Source: Candidatus Omnitrophota bacterium (GTDB lineage Bacteria > Omnitrophota > Gorgyraeia > Zapsychrales > Zapsychraceae). From it: a stretch of 64,000 nt of DNA. Positions 9,640 to 18,484 of this stretch are shown piece by piece. Numbering within the stretch: position 1 is the stretch's first letter; every line of letters begins with the position of its first letter. Location of the stretch: assembly GCA_015233195.1 (NCBI GenBank), contig JADFYE010000003.1, positions 10,489 through 74,488 of the forward strand. Direction: 5' to 3'. The position numbers and the translations under genes are program-made. The notes under the pieces were generated by a model that saw nothing but the letters and a program-made list of their open reading frames with translations, had not been told where the DNA came from and did no database searches.

Positions 9640-9760
9640 ATGCTATTTGGTATAACCGTAGTCTGTACTTCATATTTTGATCTGGCACATTTAGCTACCT
9701 CAGCCGGGTCTATGAACATAGTACGTATTTTGCTACTCATGGGTGCTGGTATGCCTTTTT
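9640..9760. repeat. 121-bp copy of an internal emrB fragment, inverted relative to 13163-13283
   Basis: Checked base by base: 9640-9760 is the exact reverse complement of 13163-13283. It covers the last 7 codons and the stop of dedA. Confidence 0.95.
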
Positions 9761-10366
9761 ATGTTTCCAGACTTCCCAGAATATTGGCAGAAGTGAAATG
9801 AAGATTATCAGAAGTACAACTATTGAAAAATGTTCTTTTACAAATTCAAGATTGCCGAAGAAATAACCGCTGAAAACGCAGACTGATACCCATAATATGC
9901 CTCCGAGCACGTTATATAATAAAAATTTTCCGTAACTCATTGCGCCCATACCTGCGACAAAAGGTGCGATGGTTCTTACAATTGGTACGAATCGGGTAAT
10001 TATTATGGTTTTCCCTCCATACTTTTCAAAAAACTGGTGGGTTTTATCTAAGTGTTCTTTTTTTATTAATTTTGAATTTGGATTTTTTACCCATTGTGCT
10101 CCAAAAATTTTTCCGATGAAATAATTGACTGTGTTGCCGATTATTGCGGCTGACACCAGAATTAACCAAAGCCATAATATATTGAATGATTTTATGGCTG
10201 CTAATGCGCCGGCAGCGAATAATAATGAGTCGCCAGGTAGAAATGGCGTGACGACTAATCCAGTTTCGCAAAAAATGACCACAAATAATATTAGGTATGA
10301 ATAATTTCCGAATTGGTGAATAACTGCGGCTAAATGTTTGTCCACGTGTAAAAAAATATCAAGCAT
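9737..10366 (-). CDS. dedA: DedA family membrane protein
   Basis: FCETGLVVTPFLPGDSLLFAAGALA and RFVPIVRTIAPFVAGMG are canonical DedA/SNARE-associated motifs. Confidence 0.85.
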   Translation of the reverse strand: MLDIFLHVDKHLAAVIHQFGNYSYLILFVVIFCETGLVVTPFLPGDSLLFAAGALAAIKSFNILWLWLILVSAAIIGNTVNYFIGKIFGAQWVKNPNSKLIKKEHLDKTHQFFEKYGGKTIIITRFVPIVRTIAPFVAGMGAMSYGKFLLYNVLGGILWVSVCVFSGYFFGNLEFVKEHFSIVVLLIIFISLLPIFWEVWKHKKAYQHP

Positions 10367-10394
10367 GGCACCTCTTTTTTAAATGTTTTTATTC

Positions 10395-10420
10395 GGGCAC
10401 GAATTATCGTGCCCCTACGA
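10395..10420 (-). repeat. Conserved 3'-end hairpin element, copy 1 (sense: TCGTAG-GGGCACGA-taat-TCGTGCCC)
   Basis: 8-bp stem gggcacga/tcgtgccc with a 4-nt loop. Overlaps the last codons and stop of the Isf-like gene. Confidence 0.6.
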
Positions 10421-10982
10421 ATTGCCCCAGTTCAATTGCTTTCTCCCGTACTCCTTTTAATTTATGTATCTCGCCTGAAGTACCGGCGTTCGGCACTAAC
10501 AAAGATTTGAAAGCCATTTTAGTATAAGCTGCGGTAAGTTCAAATGGTTTTTCAGTTATATCTAATCCGATATCTTCAAATGCGCTGACTAAAAGCACCA
10601 GGGTTTTACCTTTGAGCGGAGTATCCATAGTTCCAGCTTCATTATTCCATTTGTAGAGGGAAAACATGCGGTCCATTATCATTTTAAGCTGGGCACTGGG
10701 TCCGAAGAAATATAATGGAGTTCCCATTACTATAACATCAACCTCTGCCATTTTAGCTAGTACTGGTTGAGCGTCGTCATTAATCACGCATTTATATTCA
10801 CGGATCTTTTGGCAGGCACGGCAGGAATTACAGCCTGCAGTTTTTAGTTTTAAAGAAGCAATGTGTACAATTTCAATATCTGCTTTGTTTTGTTTTGCTC
10901 CTTCACAAAACCAATTGATTAGTGTGGTAGTATTTCCCTCGAGCTTAGGGCTACCGTTTAGTATCAGAATTTTTTTACTCAT
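10404..10982 (-). CDS. Iron-sulfur flavoprotein (Isf)-like / NADPH-dependent FMN reductase family protein
   Basis: Flavodoxin-like N-terminus MSKKILILNGSPKLEGNT. Compact Cys cluster CNSCRACQKIREYKC (C-x2-C-x2-C-x7-C), as in Isf proteins. Confidence 0.6.
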   Translation of the reverse strand: MSKKILILNGSPKLEGNTTTLINWFCEGAKQNKADIEIVHIASLKLKTAGCNSCRACQKIREYKCVINDDAQPVLAKMAEVDVIVMGTPLYFFGPSAQLKMIMDRMFSLYKWNNEAGTMDTPLKGKTLVLLVSAFEDIGLDITEKPFELTAAYTKMAFKSLLVPNAGTSGEIHKLKGVREKAIELGQFVGAR

Positions 10983-11005
10983 GGAATTTTTCTCCTGCGT
11001 AATGA

Positions 11006-12052
11006 TTATTTAAATATCCCTTTAATGATCGAATCAGTATCTATGGTTTTAATAAGATCATCAGTGTGATCGCGTTCAGAAAGTATAGTATAAAAGTCGT
11101 TTTTAATTGTAGGCGCTATTGTAAAAGCTTTAATCCATTCATCTTTTAAAAATGGATCTTGACGGATAGCGTCCCAGAAACCAGTTTCACTGAGAAGTTT
11201 TGCGATTCGGTCAGTTCCTCTTCCTTGTATTTTACTTATCAGGTAAGTAGCGGTTCCGACTTGCAGACCATGCAAACGCGGCTTTTGACTGATCTGGTCG
11301 AGCGCGTGTGAAATCAAATGTTCGCTTCCGCTGGCTGGTCTGGAAGATCCGCATATTGCCATAGCTATACCGTTTAACATTAAAGCCATTCCTAAAAGCC
11401 GGATGCTTTCTAAATCGTGGTCGGGTTTTGCCATAAGTTGGAATACTGTAGCGTCGGATAAAAGCGCGGCAAAGTCGTCGATTTGCGTGCCTTTTATTTT
11501 ATGGGCGAGTTTCCAGTCGTAGATTGCGGTTATTTTTGAAACTAGGTCGCCTATGCCTGACAGCCAAAGTATTTTTGGCGCGTCTAAACATACTTGGGTG
11601 TCTATTACTACACCGTAAGGAATTGCTGCAGGGAACGATCGTTTTTTTCCTTTAAATTCAAGACTGGCTTGTGGACTGCAAAATGCGTCATTAGATAAAG
11701 CTGTAGGCATGGCTATATATGGTAATTGCCCGAGGAAGGCGACATATTTTGCGATGTCAAGAGCTTTACCTCCTCCAAATCCTATAATTGCGTTGGTGTT
11801 GGATGGCATGGCTTGAAAAATTTCCTGGGCTTGATCAAAGGATGAGGATGTTACGGGAAAGCTGGAAGATATTTCAATGCCGTCTTCTAAAATTGAATTG
11901 TTTACTCGGTCGACTAATTTTTTATCTAAATCCTGGTTATAACATATTGCGACTTTATAAAGCTGATTGCGTCGGGAGTAAGCACCAATGCGGTCAAGCG
12001 CGTTAGGTTTAATACGGACTAAAGTTGGAATCGAAATCGATGTGTTTTTCAT
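11006..12052 (-). CDS. sn-Glycerol-1-phosphate dehydrogenase family protein (EgsA/AraM-like; iron-ADH / dehydroquinate-synthase-like superfamily)
   Basis: GFGGGKALDIAKY, MPTALSNDAFCSPQAS, SGIGDLVSKITAIYDWKLAH and SGSEHLISHALD...LHGLQVG match the G1PDH pattern. Size (348 aa) is close to archaeal EgsA. Confidence 0.6.
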   Translation of the reverse strand: MKNTSISIPTLVRIKPNALDRIGAYSRRNQLYKVAICYNQDLDKKLVDRVNNSILEDGIEISSSFPVTSSSFDQAQEIFQAMPSNTNAIIGFGGGKALDIAKYVAFLGQLPYIAMPTALSNDAFCSPQASLEFKGKKRSFPAAIPYGVVIDTQVCLDAPKILWLSGIGDLVSKITAIYDWKLAHKIKGTQIDDFAALLSDATVFQLMAKPDHDLESIRLLGMALMLNGIAMAICGSSRPASGSEHLISHALDQISQKPRLHGLQVGTATYLISKIQGRGTDRIAKLLSETGFWDAIRQDPFLKDEWIKAFTIAPTIKNDFYTILSERDHTDDLIKTIDTDSIIKGIFK

Positions 12053-12086
12053 AAATATTTTACCTGTCTAATGTTTATATTTTATT

Positions 12087-12112
12087 GGGCACGATATATC
12101 GTGCCCCTACGA
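12087..12112 (-). repeat. Conserved 3'-end hairpin element, copy 2 (sense: TCGTAG-GGGCACGA-tata-TCGTGCCC)
   Basis: 20-nt perfect palindrome gggcacgatatatcgtgccc. The TAG in the conserved flank is the stop codon of the HAD gene. Confidence 0.6.
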
Positions 12113-12745
12113 ACATATTTTTTCAGCCACTTCCCTCCAGTTTTCAAACGGTTGGAAATCTTCACCGATCTCTGTAAGTTTTTTGGCTAACCAGCTTTTT
12201 GCGAAACGTCTTTGCGGAGGTACCAGTAAAGCTGGTGCCAAGTCTGGTCGTCCGTCGCCTGCAAACGCGACTTTATCTGCTCTTGATAATGCGTCTCGTA
12301 CTACTGCAACTTTGTTGATACCTAATTCAGGAGAGAAAAATTTTGAGTTTTGCGGCAAATGCATAAGTAATCCTTTATTTGGATCAAATTCGCCAGGATT
12401 AGCGTTTACTATTATTGATACGTTTGCGAGTTTTAAAAGACGTTTTATATACCAATCGCATCCGGCTGATGCAACGACCAGCTCCCATCCATTTTGGTTA
12501 AGGTCAGAAACACATTGCTTTAGTTTTGGTTCAATCTTCATTTGTTCAATAATTTTGATAAGATTTGATTCCTGGCAGCGTATACCCGCAAAAATGGAAC
12601 GTAAAGCTTCAAAATGAGTAAGTTTTCCCGCTTCGTATTGGTGCCAATAGCCTCCGGAAATTTCTGGAAATTTCGCGCAGACTAAGTCATAGAAATCAAA
12701 TTGAGTTATTGTGCCGTCGAAATCAGATATTAAAATATTTTTCAT
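12107..12745 (-). CDS. HAD-IB family phosphatase (MtnX / phosphoserine-phosphatase-like)
   Basis: Motif I is ISDFDGTIT. Motif IV-like is AGDGRPDL. Confidence 0.7.
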   Translation of the reverse strand: MKNILISDFDGTITQFDFYDLVCAKFPEISGGYWHQYEAGKLTHFEALRSIFAGIRCQESNLIKIIEQMKIEPKLKQCVSDLNQNGWELVVASAGCDWYIKRLLKLANVSIIVNANPGEFDPNKGLLMHLPQNSKFFSPELGINKVAVVRDALSRADKVAFAGDGRPDLAPALLVPPQRRFAKSWLAKKLTEIGEDFQPFENWREVAEKICS

Positions 12746-12755
12746 TTAACCACCA

Positions 12756-14312
12756 TTATATCTCAGCAACGTGGCTGGTATGTATAATATTTTTTGGTGC
12801 GCGGATAAAAATAATTATTGGCACGCAAAGTAAAAACATGAACATTAATACAATGGAAATATCATTGTAAGCCATCATTTCTGCTTGTTGGGTTACTAAG
12901 CGGTTTATTAACGCGAGTAGACCTTGATCAGTTAAATTAGAAGATGTTTTTTGGTAAAAATTTATAAAATTCTGGTTATATAAACTTATATTTTCAGCTA
13001 AATATTCGTGGTGAATGGTCGAGAATCGGTCTAATAAAGTTGCCATTAAAGCGTAGCCAACATTACCTCCTACTTGTTGGATCAGGTTAAATAATCCGGT
13101 CGCTGCAGTTGAACTTTCGCGGGCAACTGAATTTAAGGTCATGGTTGATAATGGAATGAATAAAAAAGGCATACCAGCACCCATGAGTAGCAAAATACGT
13201 ACTATGTTCATAGACCCGGCTGAGGTAGCTAAATGTGCCAGATCAAAATATGAAGTACAGACTACGGTTATACCAAATAGCATCATAGCTCTGGGATCTA
13301 CGTGGTTATAAAGTTTTCCGACTAGGGGTAAAAATAAAACTAAGGCTATAGCGCGGGGCATTAAAGTTAAACCAGCTTGATATGCAGGATAGTTTAAAAG
13401 TCTTTGAGTAAATTGCGGTAATATAAATGTGGTGCCGAATAAAGCAATGCCGAATAAAAAAATCACACAGCATCCGAGGCTGAATTGATGATTTTTAAAT
13501 ACTCTAAAATTTACAATTGGCTCTTTAACTCGGATTTCCCAGAGGACTAAACAGGTTAGTGTGATTACAGTAATGATTGATCCCCAGATGATCAGGTTTG
13601 ATTCAAACCAATTTTCCTGTTGTCCACGTTCGAGTACGATCTGTAATCCGGTCAGTCCAATAGTGAGAAGTATAATTCCTAGCACATCAACTTTTCGTAT
13701 TCCTCGAGGTAAATATGCAGGATCGTGGACGTATAACCAGACTAAGAGCATGCCGATCGCGCTGATCGGGATATTAATATAAAATATCCAAGGCCAGCCA
13801 TAATGATCTGTGAGCCATCCGCCCAGAACTGGACCTACTGCTGGAGCTACGACTACGCCCATGGAAAATACTGCCATTGCTATCCCTTGTTCTTTTTGGG
13901 GAAAAGTTTCGCGGATGATGGCTTGTGATATTGGTATAAGGCTTCCTCCTCCAATCCCCTGGATAATACGATAAATGATCATTTCCGGGAATGTATGCGC
14001 TATACCGGCTAACATTGAGCCAACTGTAAAAATAACAAATGACATTAAATAAAAATATTTGCGACCTAACAGCATAGACCACCAGTTGGACATGGTGACC
14101 ATGATGACTGCGGCGATGCTGTACGCGGTTGCAACCCAGGTGATCGAGGAAATGTTTTGACCGAAATTACCCATCATGTGCGGCAAGGCAACGTTGACTA
14201 CGCTGATATCCATAACTGCCATGAACGCGCCGACCATAACTGCAAGCGCTACCATCCATTTATGGGGATTAACAGGTTCAGTTAGATTTTCTTGTCCTGC
14301 AATATTTGCCAT
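12756..14312 (-). CDS. MFS drug:H+ antiporter, DHA2 (EmrB/QacA) family, 14-TMS type
   Basis: 518 aa, many TM helices. VVNVALPHM and GRKYFYLMSFVIFTVGSMLAG motifs. Follows a HlyD-family adaptor. Confidence 0.85.
   Translation of the reverse strand: MANIAGQENLTEPVNPHKWMVALAVMVGAFMAVMDISVVNVALPHMMGNFGQNISSITWVATAYSIAAVIMVTMSNWWSMLLGRKYFYLMSFVIFTVGSMLAGIAHTFPEMIIYRIIQGIGGGSLIPISQAIIRETFPQKEQGIAMAVFSMGVVVAPAVGPVLGGWLTDHYGWPWIFYINIPISAIGMLLVWLYVHDPAYLPRGIRKVDVLGIILLTIGLTGLQIVLERGQQENWFESNLIIWGSIITVITLTCLVLWEIRVKEPIVNFRVFKNHQFSLGCCVIFLFGIALFGTTFILPQFTQRLLNYPAYQAGLTLMPRAIALVLFLPLVGKLYNHVDPRAMMLFGITVVCTSYFDLAHLATSAGSMNIVRILLLMGAGMPFLFIPLSTMTLNSVARESSTAATGLFNLIQQVGGNVGYALMATLLDRFSTIHHEYLAENISLYNQNFINFYQKTSSNLTDQGLLALINRLVTQQAEMMAYNDISIVLMFMFLLCVPIIIFIRAPKNIIHTSHVAEI
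13163..13283. repeat. Source copy (inside emrB-like ORF) of the 121-bp inverted duplication
   Basis: Exact reverse complement of 9640-9760. In frame within the intact transporter ORF (MLFGITVVCTSYFDLAHLATSAGSMNIVRILLLMGAGMPF). Confidence 0.95.
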
Positions 14313-14315
14313 TTT

Positions 14316-15200
14316 TTATTTAATTTTAATTGTTGGAACAACTGACATGCCTATTGCAAGCGGTGTATTTGGATCAATCTGGTCGTCGATTAGTATTTTT
14401 ACTGGTACTCTTTGCACAACTTTTATGAAATTACCAGTAGCGTTTTCAGCAGGCAATAAACTAAATTTGCTGCCTGTTCCTTTTTGGATACTGTCAACAT
14501 GACCATGCAAAGTTGTTTTAGGATAAGCATCGATTTTTATCGTAACTTTTTGACCAGGTTTTATATTAGTTAACTGGGTTTCTTTCAAATTTGCAACTAC
14601 CCATCTTTCATATGGAACTATCGCCATTATAACTTGCCCGGGTTGTAAATATGCGCCTTCTTCTGTAGATTTGCGGGTAACTTGTCCGTCGGATGGTGTA
14701 ATAATTTTAGTGTAGGCTAAATTTAGTTCAGCTTGTTCGAGCAAAGCTTGTTTAGCTAGGGTCTGCGCATAAGCGATGTTTACGCGCAATACTGCTTTAT
14801 CTAATTGCTGCTGGGAGACGTCACCAGTTGTAAAAAGATTTTTAAAACGACCAGCATCTTGTTGGGCTTGTTCCAGTTCAGCCTGAGCAGCTTTTAGATC
14901 AGCTTGAGCAGCTTTTACTTTAATTGTATAATCTTTGTCATCTATAAGAATTAAATTATCTCCAGCTTTTACTGGCTGGTTTTCACTTACATTTATTTTC
15001 ATTACATATCCGGGTACTTTAGAGCTGATCGGTATAATGTGTCCTTCAATAAACGCGTCATCAGTTGAAATCTCACCTAAACTTTTTATCAGCAGGAAAA
15101 TTCCGACGATAAGTATTCCGGCTATTACTAAAAATAGCGGCACGGCATTTTTATGCTTCATTAATCCTTTAATTTTTTCTTTGCTCATTATCGCCCCCAT
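14316..15200 (-). CDS. HlyD/EmrA-family periplasmic adaptor
   Basis: N-terminal TM anchor, biotinyl-lipoyl-like hairpin, coiled coil (AAQADLKAAQAELEQAQ). Adjacent to the EmrB-like pump. The start could also be the ATG at 15188. Confidence 0.8.
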   Translation of the reverse strand: MGAIMSKEKIKGLMKHKNAVPLFLVIAGILIVGIFLLIKSLGEISTDDAFIEGHIIPISSKVPGYVMKINVSENQPVKAGDNLILIDDKDYTIKVKAAQADLKAAQAELEQAQQDAGRFKNLFTTGDVSQQQLDKAVLRVNIAYAQTLAKQALLEQAELNLAYTKIITPSDGQVTRKSTEEGAYLQPGQVIMAIVPYERWVVANLKETQLTNIKPGQKVTIKIDAYPKTTLHGHVDSIQKGTGSKFSLLPAENATGNFIKVVQRVPVKILIDDQIDPNTPLAIGMSVVPTIKIK

Positions 15201-16545
15201 TCAGATTGAATGATTCTAATTTTTCAATAGCAGAATAATAATTTAAACGCGCAGTCTGGTATTGCGCCAAAGCTGCTATGTAATTATCTTGCGATTGCGC
15301 TAGGGTTGATTGCGCGGTATCTATTATTAAATTGCTGCTTAGACCGTTAATAGCTTGGTTTTTCGCGTATTCCAATTCTCTGGCTGAAAGTTTCTGGGCG
15401 AGATCATTGGCTTCAACTTGTTTAATACTGGTTTCTAATATTTGCACAGATAACCTAACATCTTCTTCAATTTGCTGGTTTATATCATTCTGGATCATTT
15501 GTTCCTGTTTGCTTTGGCTCGAGGCTTGTTTTATTTTGGCTTCAGTTTCTCCGCCTTCAAATATCGGAAGCGCGGCATTTATACCGAATTGTCCGACTTC
15601 ATGGTCGTATTTATTATATTTTTCTCCGCTATTTCCGTATTGTCCTCCGATAGATATTTTAGGCCAGCGGGATTTTTTTGCTTCATCTAATTTAAGTTTT
15701 TTATATGTGACTTTTTCCTCTGACAATGCTGTTTCAATGCGGTTAGTCAAAGCTTCATTCAGAGCCTGATCTAAATCTATTTTAAGTTCTTCCACAAAAT
15801 ACAAATTATCAGTGAGTGTAAGTGTACTGCTTAATTGTACTCCTATCATACGTTTAAGCTCGAATTCTGCGGTTTGTAAACTAAGCATTATTTTAGCACG
15901 CTGGGCTGTCTCTTTTGCGAGACGAGTTTGAGCTCTGGCTCCGTCGACCAAGGTTGCCATACCTACATCATATTGATGCTGGGCTAAAGCTACGATTTCT
16001 TTGGCAACTTTAATATTACTTTCAATAGTTTTCATGGCTTCTTGGGCTTGCAGAACATTTAGATATGCCACAATGGTTTGAGTAATTACCTGACGCTCAG
16101 CTAATTTTTCGGTGAGTTGGGCGATGTTTACAGTTAAATTTTCAGCCCGGGCTTTTGCAAAAGCACTTAGATCAAAAATTCTTTGTGAAATTTTTCCTTC
16201 CGCATCAAAAGTATCAAATGGTCCTAATAATCCGGGCAGACCTTGTGAGCGTAAGTTGTATCTTTGGACGTGAGTTTGAGAACCGATGAGTTCTATATGG
16301 GGTAAAAGATCTGACATCCCTCCCAGTTTTTTACCTTGGGCTTCATTAATGCGTTCTCGGGCTAACTTCATATTTAGGTTATTTTGTAACGCGCTTTTAA
16401 TGGCTTCGTTTAAACTTAAAGAAATGTTTAAGGGGGTATTTGCAGGTATTTCTGCTTTTGCAGCGCTAATACAAAATAAAAAAATGCAGATGCTAAAAAT
16501 GTATATTCTAAAATATGATTTATTATTCATAACGTAATGCTTCAA
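15169..16545 (-). CDS. TolC-family outer-membrane efflux protein (copy 1)
   Basis: Signal peptide plus two OEP repeats typical of TolC-like proteins. Confidence 0.8.
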   Translation of the reverse strand: MKHYVMNNKSYFRIYIFSICIFLFCISAAKAEIPANTPLNISLSLNEAIKSALQNNLNMKLARERINEAQGKKLGGMSDLLPHIELIGSQTHVQRYNLRSQGLPGLLGPFDTFDAEGKISQRIFDLSAFAKARAENLTVNIAQLTEKLAERQVITQTIVAYLNVLQAQEAMKTIESNIKVAKEIVALAQHQYDVGMATLVDGARAQTRLAKETAQRAKIMLSLQTAEFELKRMIGVQLSSTLTLTDNLYFVEELKIDLDQALNEALTNRIETALSEEKVTYKKLKLDEAKKSRWPKISIGGQYGNSGEKYNKYDHEVGQFGINAALPIFEGGETEAKIKQASSQSKQEQMIQNDINQQIEEDVRLSVQILETSIKQVEANDLAQKLSARELEYAKNQAINGLSSNLIIDTAQSTLAQSQDNYIAALAQYQTARLNYYSAIEKLESFNLNGGDNEQRKN

Positions 16546-18484
16546 TAGGATTTAACTTTGATGCTTGACGAGCAGGCCAGAGTCCGAATACCAGTCCAAC
16601 CAGCATAGAAAAAATAGTCGCGGAAAATATTGAAACAATAGATACTTTAACTGCCCAGCCTGCTGCTAGGGTGATCAGAGTTGATATTCCTATTCCGATC
16701 ATTATTCCCAATATTCCTCCAATCAAGGACATCAGGATAGATTCAATTAAAAATTGGGTCATAACATCTTTATTGTTTGCGCCTAAAGCTTTCCGCAAAC
16801 CGATTTCCCGAGTACGTTCAGTAACAGATACCAGCATGATATTCATGATTCCAATTCCTCCGACTAAAAGCGAAATAGCTGCAATTGAACCAATTAGCAT
16901 GCCCATAGTTTTGGTGCTTGATTCCAAAGCTTGTTTGATATCGCTCATATTCCGGATCTGAAACGCGGTATCTTCATCTTTGGTAGTTAAATGATGCTGT
17001 CTTTCAATTATCCTGGAAATATCATCTTGAGCAGGATCAACAAATTCCGGACCACGAGCCTGAACATAAATGTCGTCAATGTATTGTTTCCCCAGTACCC
17101 GATACATTGCGGTAGTTATTGGCATTAAAATCGTGTCGTCCTGATCGCGAAATGTACTCGCACCGTGAGAGGGTAATATACCAATTACTTGAAAATTATT
17201 CAAATTAATTTTAATAGTCTTACCAATAGGGTTTTCGGTATCAAATAATTGTTTAACTACGGAAGTTCCGAGCAGCACAACTTTACTTCTGCTTTTGACT
17301 TCTTCATCGGTGAAGAATCGACCAGCTATTGGTGTGGCAGCCCGAACTTGTTCATAATTTGTGGAAGATCCTTCGAGAGAAGTGTTCCAGTTTTTATTGC
17401 CATATACTAGTTGAACTCTGCCTGAAACTGCTGGGCTGACGCGGTCGATATTCTCAGATCCTTTACTAAGTGCATCAGCGTCTTGAAAGGTTAAATTGGT
17501 GGTAGCTCCAGTTTGTAGTGATACCCCATGGGATTTTGATGATCCGGGCATAACTACTAAAAGATTTGAGCCTAAAGAGGACAATTGTTTCTCAATAGAT
17601 TCTTGAGCTCCGCTTCCTAAGGCTACCATAGCAATAACTGCGGCTACACCGATCAGAATTCCTAAGATGGATAAGAAAGCGCGCATTTTATGAGCGATCA
17701 TTGCAGTAACAGCTTGATTTGTGTAATCTAAAAATTTCATATTATTGCGTTTGACGTTTGTGATCTGGGTCGGAGGAATTACTAGGTTTTTTTCGTTATT
17801 AGATAATGGAGTTGAGGTTTTATCGGAAATTATTTTTCCGTCCCGCATTACAATCACGCGTTTAGCATGGTTAGCAACTTCTTGTTCATGGGTGACGATT
17901 ATTATGGTTTTGCCTTCCTGGTTTAATTTGTCAAAAAGCCCAAGAATTTCTTCTTTACTTTTAGAGTCCAAATTACCAGTTGGTTCATCAGCTAAAATAA
18001 CTAAAGGATCATGGATCAAAGCCCGGGCTACAGCTACTCTTTGTTGTTGACCGCCGGATAATTCGTTAGGGTTGTGGTTCATGCGGTCTTCCAAACCAAC
18101 GTCTTTAAGACGTAAACGGGCATTATCTTTTAAGCGGATGTCGCCACCATAAATTAAAGGCAAAGCCACATTATCTAAAGCGCTCATCCGGGCTAATAAA
18201 TGAAATTGCTGGAATACAAAACCAATGCTTTGGTTCCGTAAAACTGCCCATTCGTTGTCAGACAATTTACTAACTTCTTGTCCATTTAGAAAATATTCAC
18301 CGGAACCTGGGCGGTCTAGCAGTCCTAAAACGTGCATGAGCGTGGATTTACCTGACCCAGACGCTCCCATTATTGCTACGAATTCACCTTGCTGAATAGT
18401 CACTGATACATCTTGCAAGGCGCGGACTTCGATTTTACCTGTACCATAGGTTTTGTTGATTTTTTTTATTTCTATTATTTTCAT
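16523..18484 (-). CDS. macB: MacB-type ABC transporter (fused ATPase + FtsX-like permease)
   Basis: Walker A GASGSGKST, signature LSGGQQQRV, Walker B ILADEPT. These are followed by a MacB periplasmic domain and the FtsX 4-TM module. Confidence 0.9.
   Translation of the reverse strand: MKIIEIKKINKTYGTGKIEVRALQDVSVTIQQGEFVAIMGASGSGKSTLMHVLGLLDRPGSGEYFLNGQEVSKLSDNEWAVLRNQSIGFVFQQFHLLARMSALDNVALPLIYGGDIRLKDNARLRLKDVGLEDRMNHNPNELSGGQQQRVAVARALIHDPLVILADEPTGNLDSKSKEEILGLFDKLNQEGKTIIIVTHEQEVANHAKRVIVMRDGKIISDKTSTPLSNNEKNLVIPPTQITNVKRNNMKFLDYTNQAVTAMIAHKMRAFLSILGILIGVAAVIAMVALGSGAQESIEKQLSSLGSNLLVVMPGSSKSHGVSLQTGATTNLTFQDADALSKGSENIDRVSPAVSGRVQLVYGNKNWNTSLEGSSTNYEQVRAATPIAGRFFTDEEVKSRSKVVLLGTSVVKQLFDTENPIGKTIKINLNNFQVIGILPSHGASTFRDQDDTILMPITTAMYRVLGKQYIDDIYVQARGPEFVDPAQDDISRIIERQHHLTTKDEDTAFQIRNMSDIKQALESSTKTMGMLIGSIAAISLLVGGIGIMNIMLVSVTERTREIGLRKALGANNKDVMTQFLIESILMSLIGGILGIMIGIGISTLITLAAGWAVKVSIVSIFSATIFSMLVGLVFGLWPARQASKLNPIEALRYE

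Noticed and set aside
9640-9760. The 121-bp repeat pair as terminal inverted repeats of an IS element or transposon.
   Set aside because: There is no transposase or recombinase between or beside the arms. One arm is an in-frame part of an intact transporter gene, and the enclosed genes are ordinary metabolic or membrane genes. It is treated as a segmental duplication or possible assembly issue.
10044-10271. Same-strand alternative-frame ORFs inside dedA (10044-10271), emrB (13774-14082), atpB (29246-29596), the SPFH gene (33242-33529) and the giant genes (47944-48279, 50507-50692).
   Set aside because: They overlap a better-supported frame completely and encode Arg/Ser/Lys-rich nonsense-like peptides. 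There is no evidence for overlapping genes.
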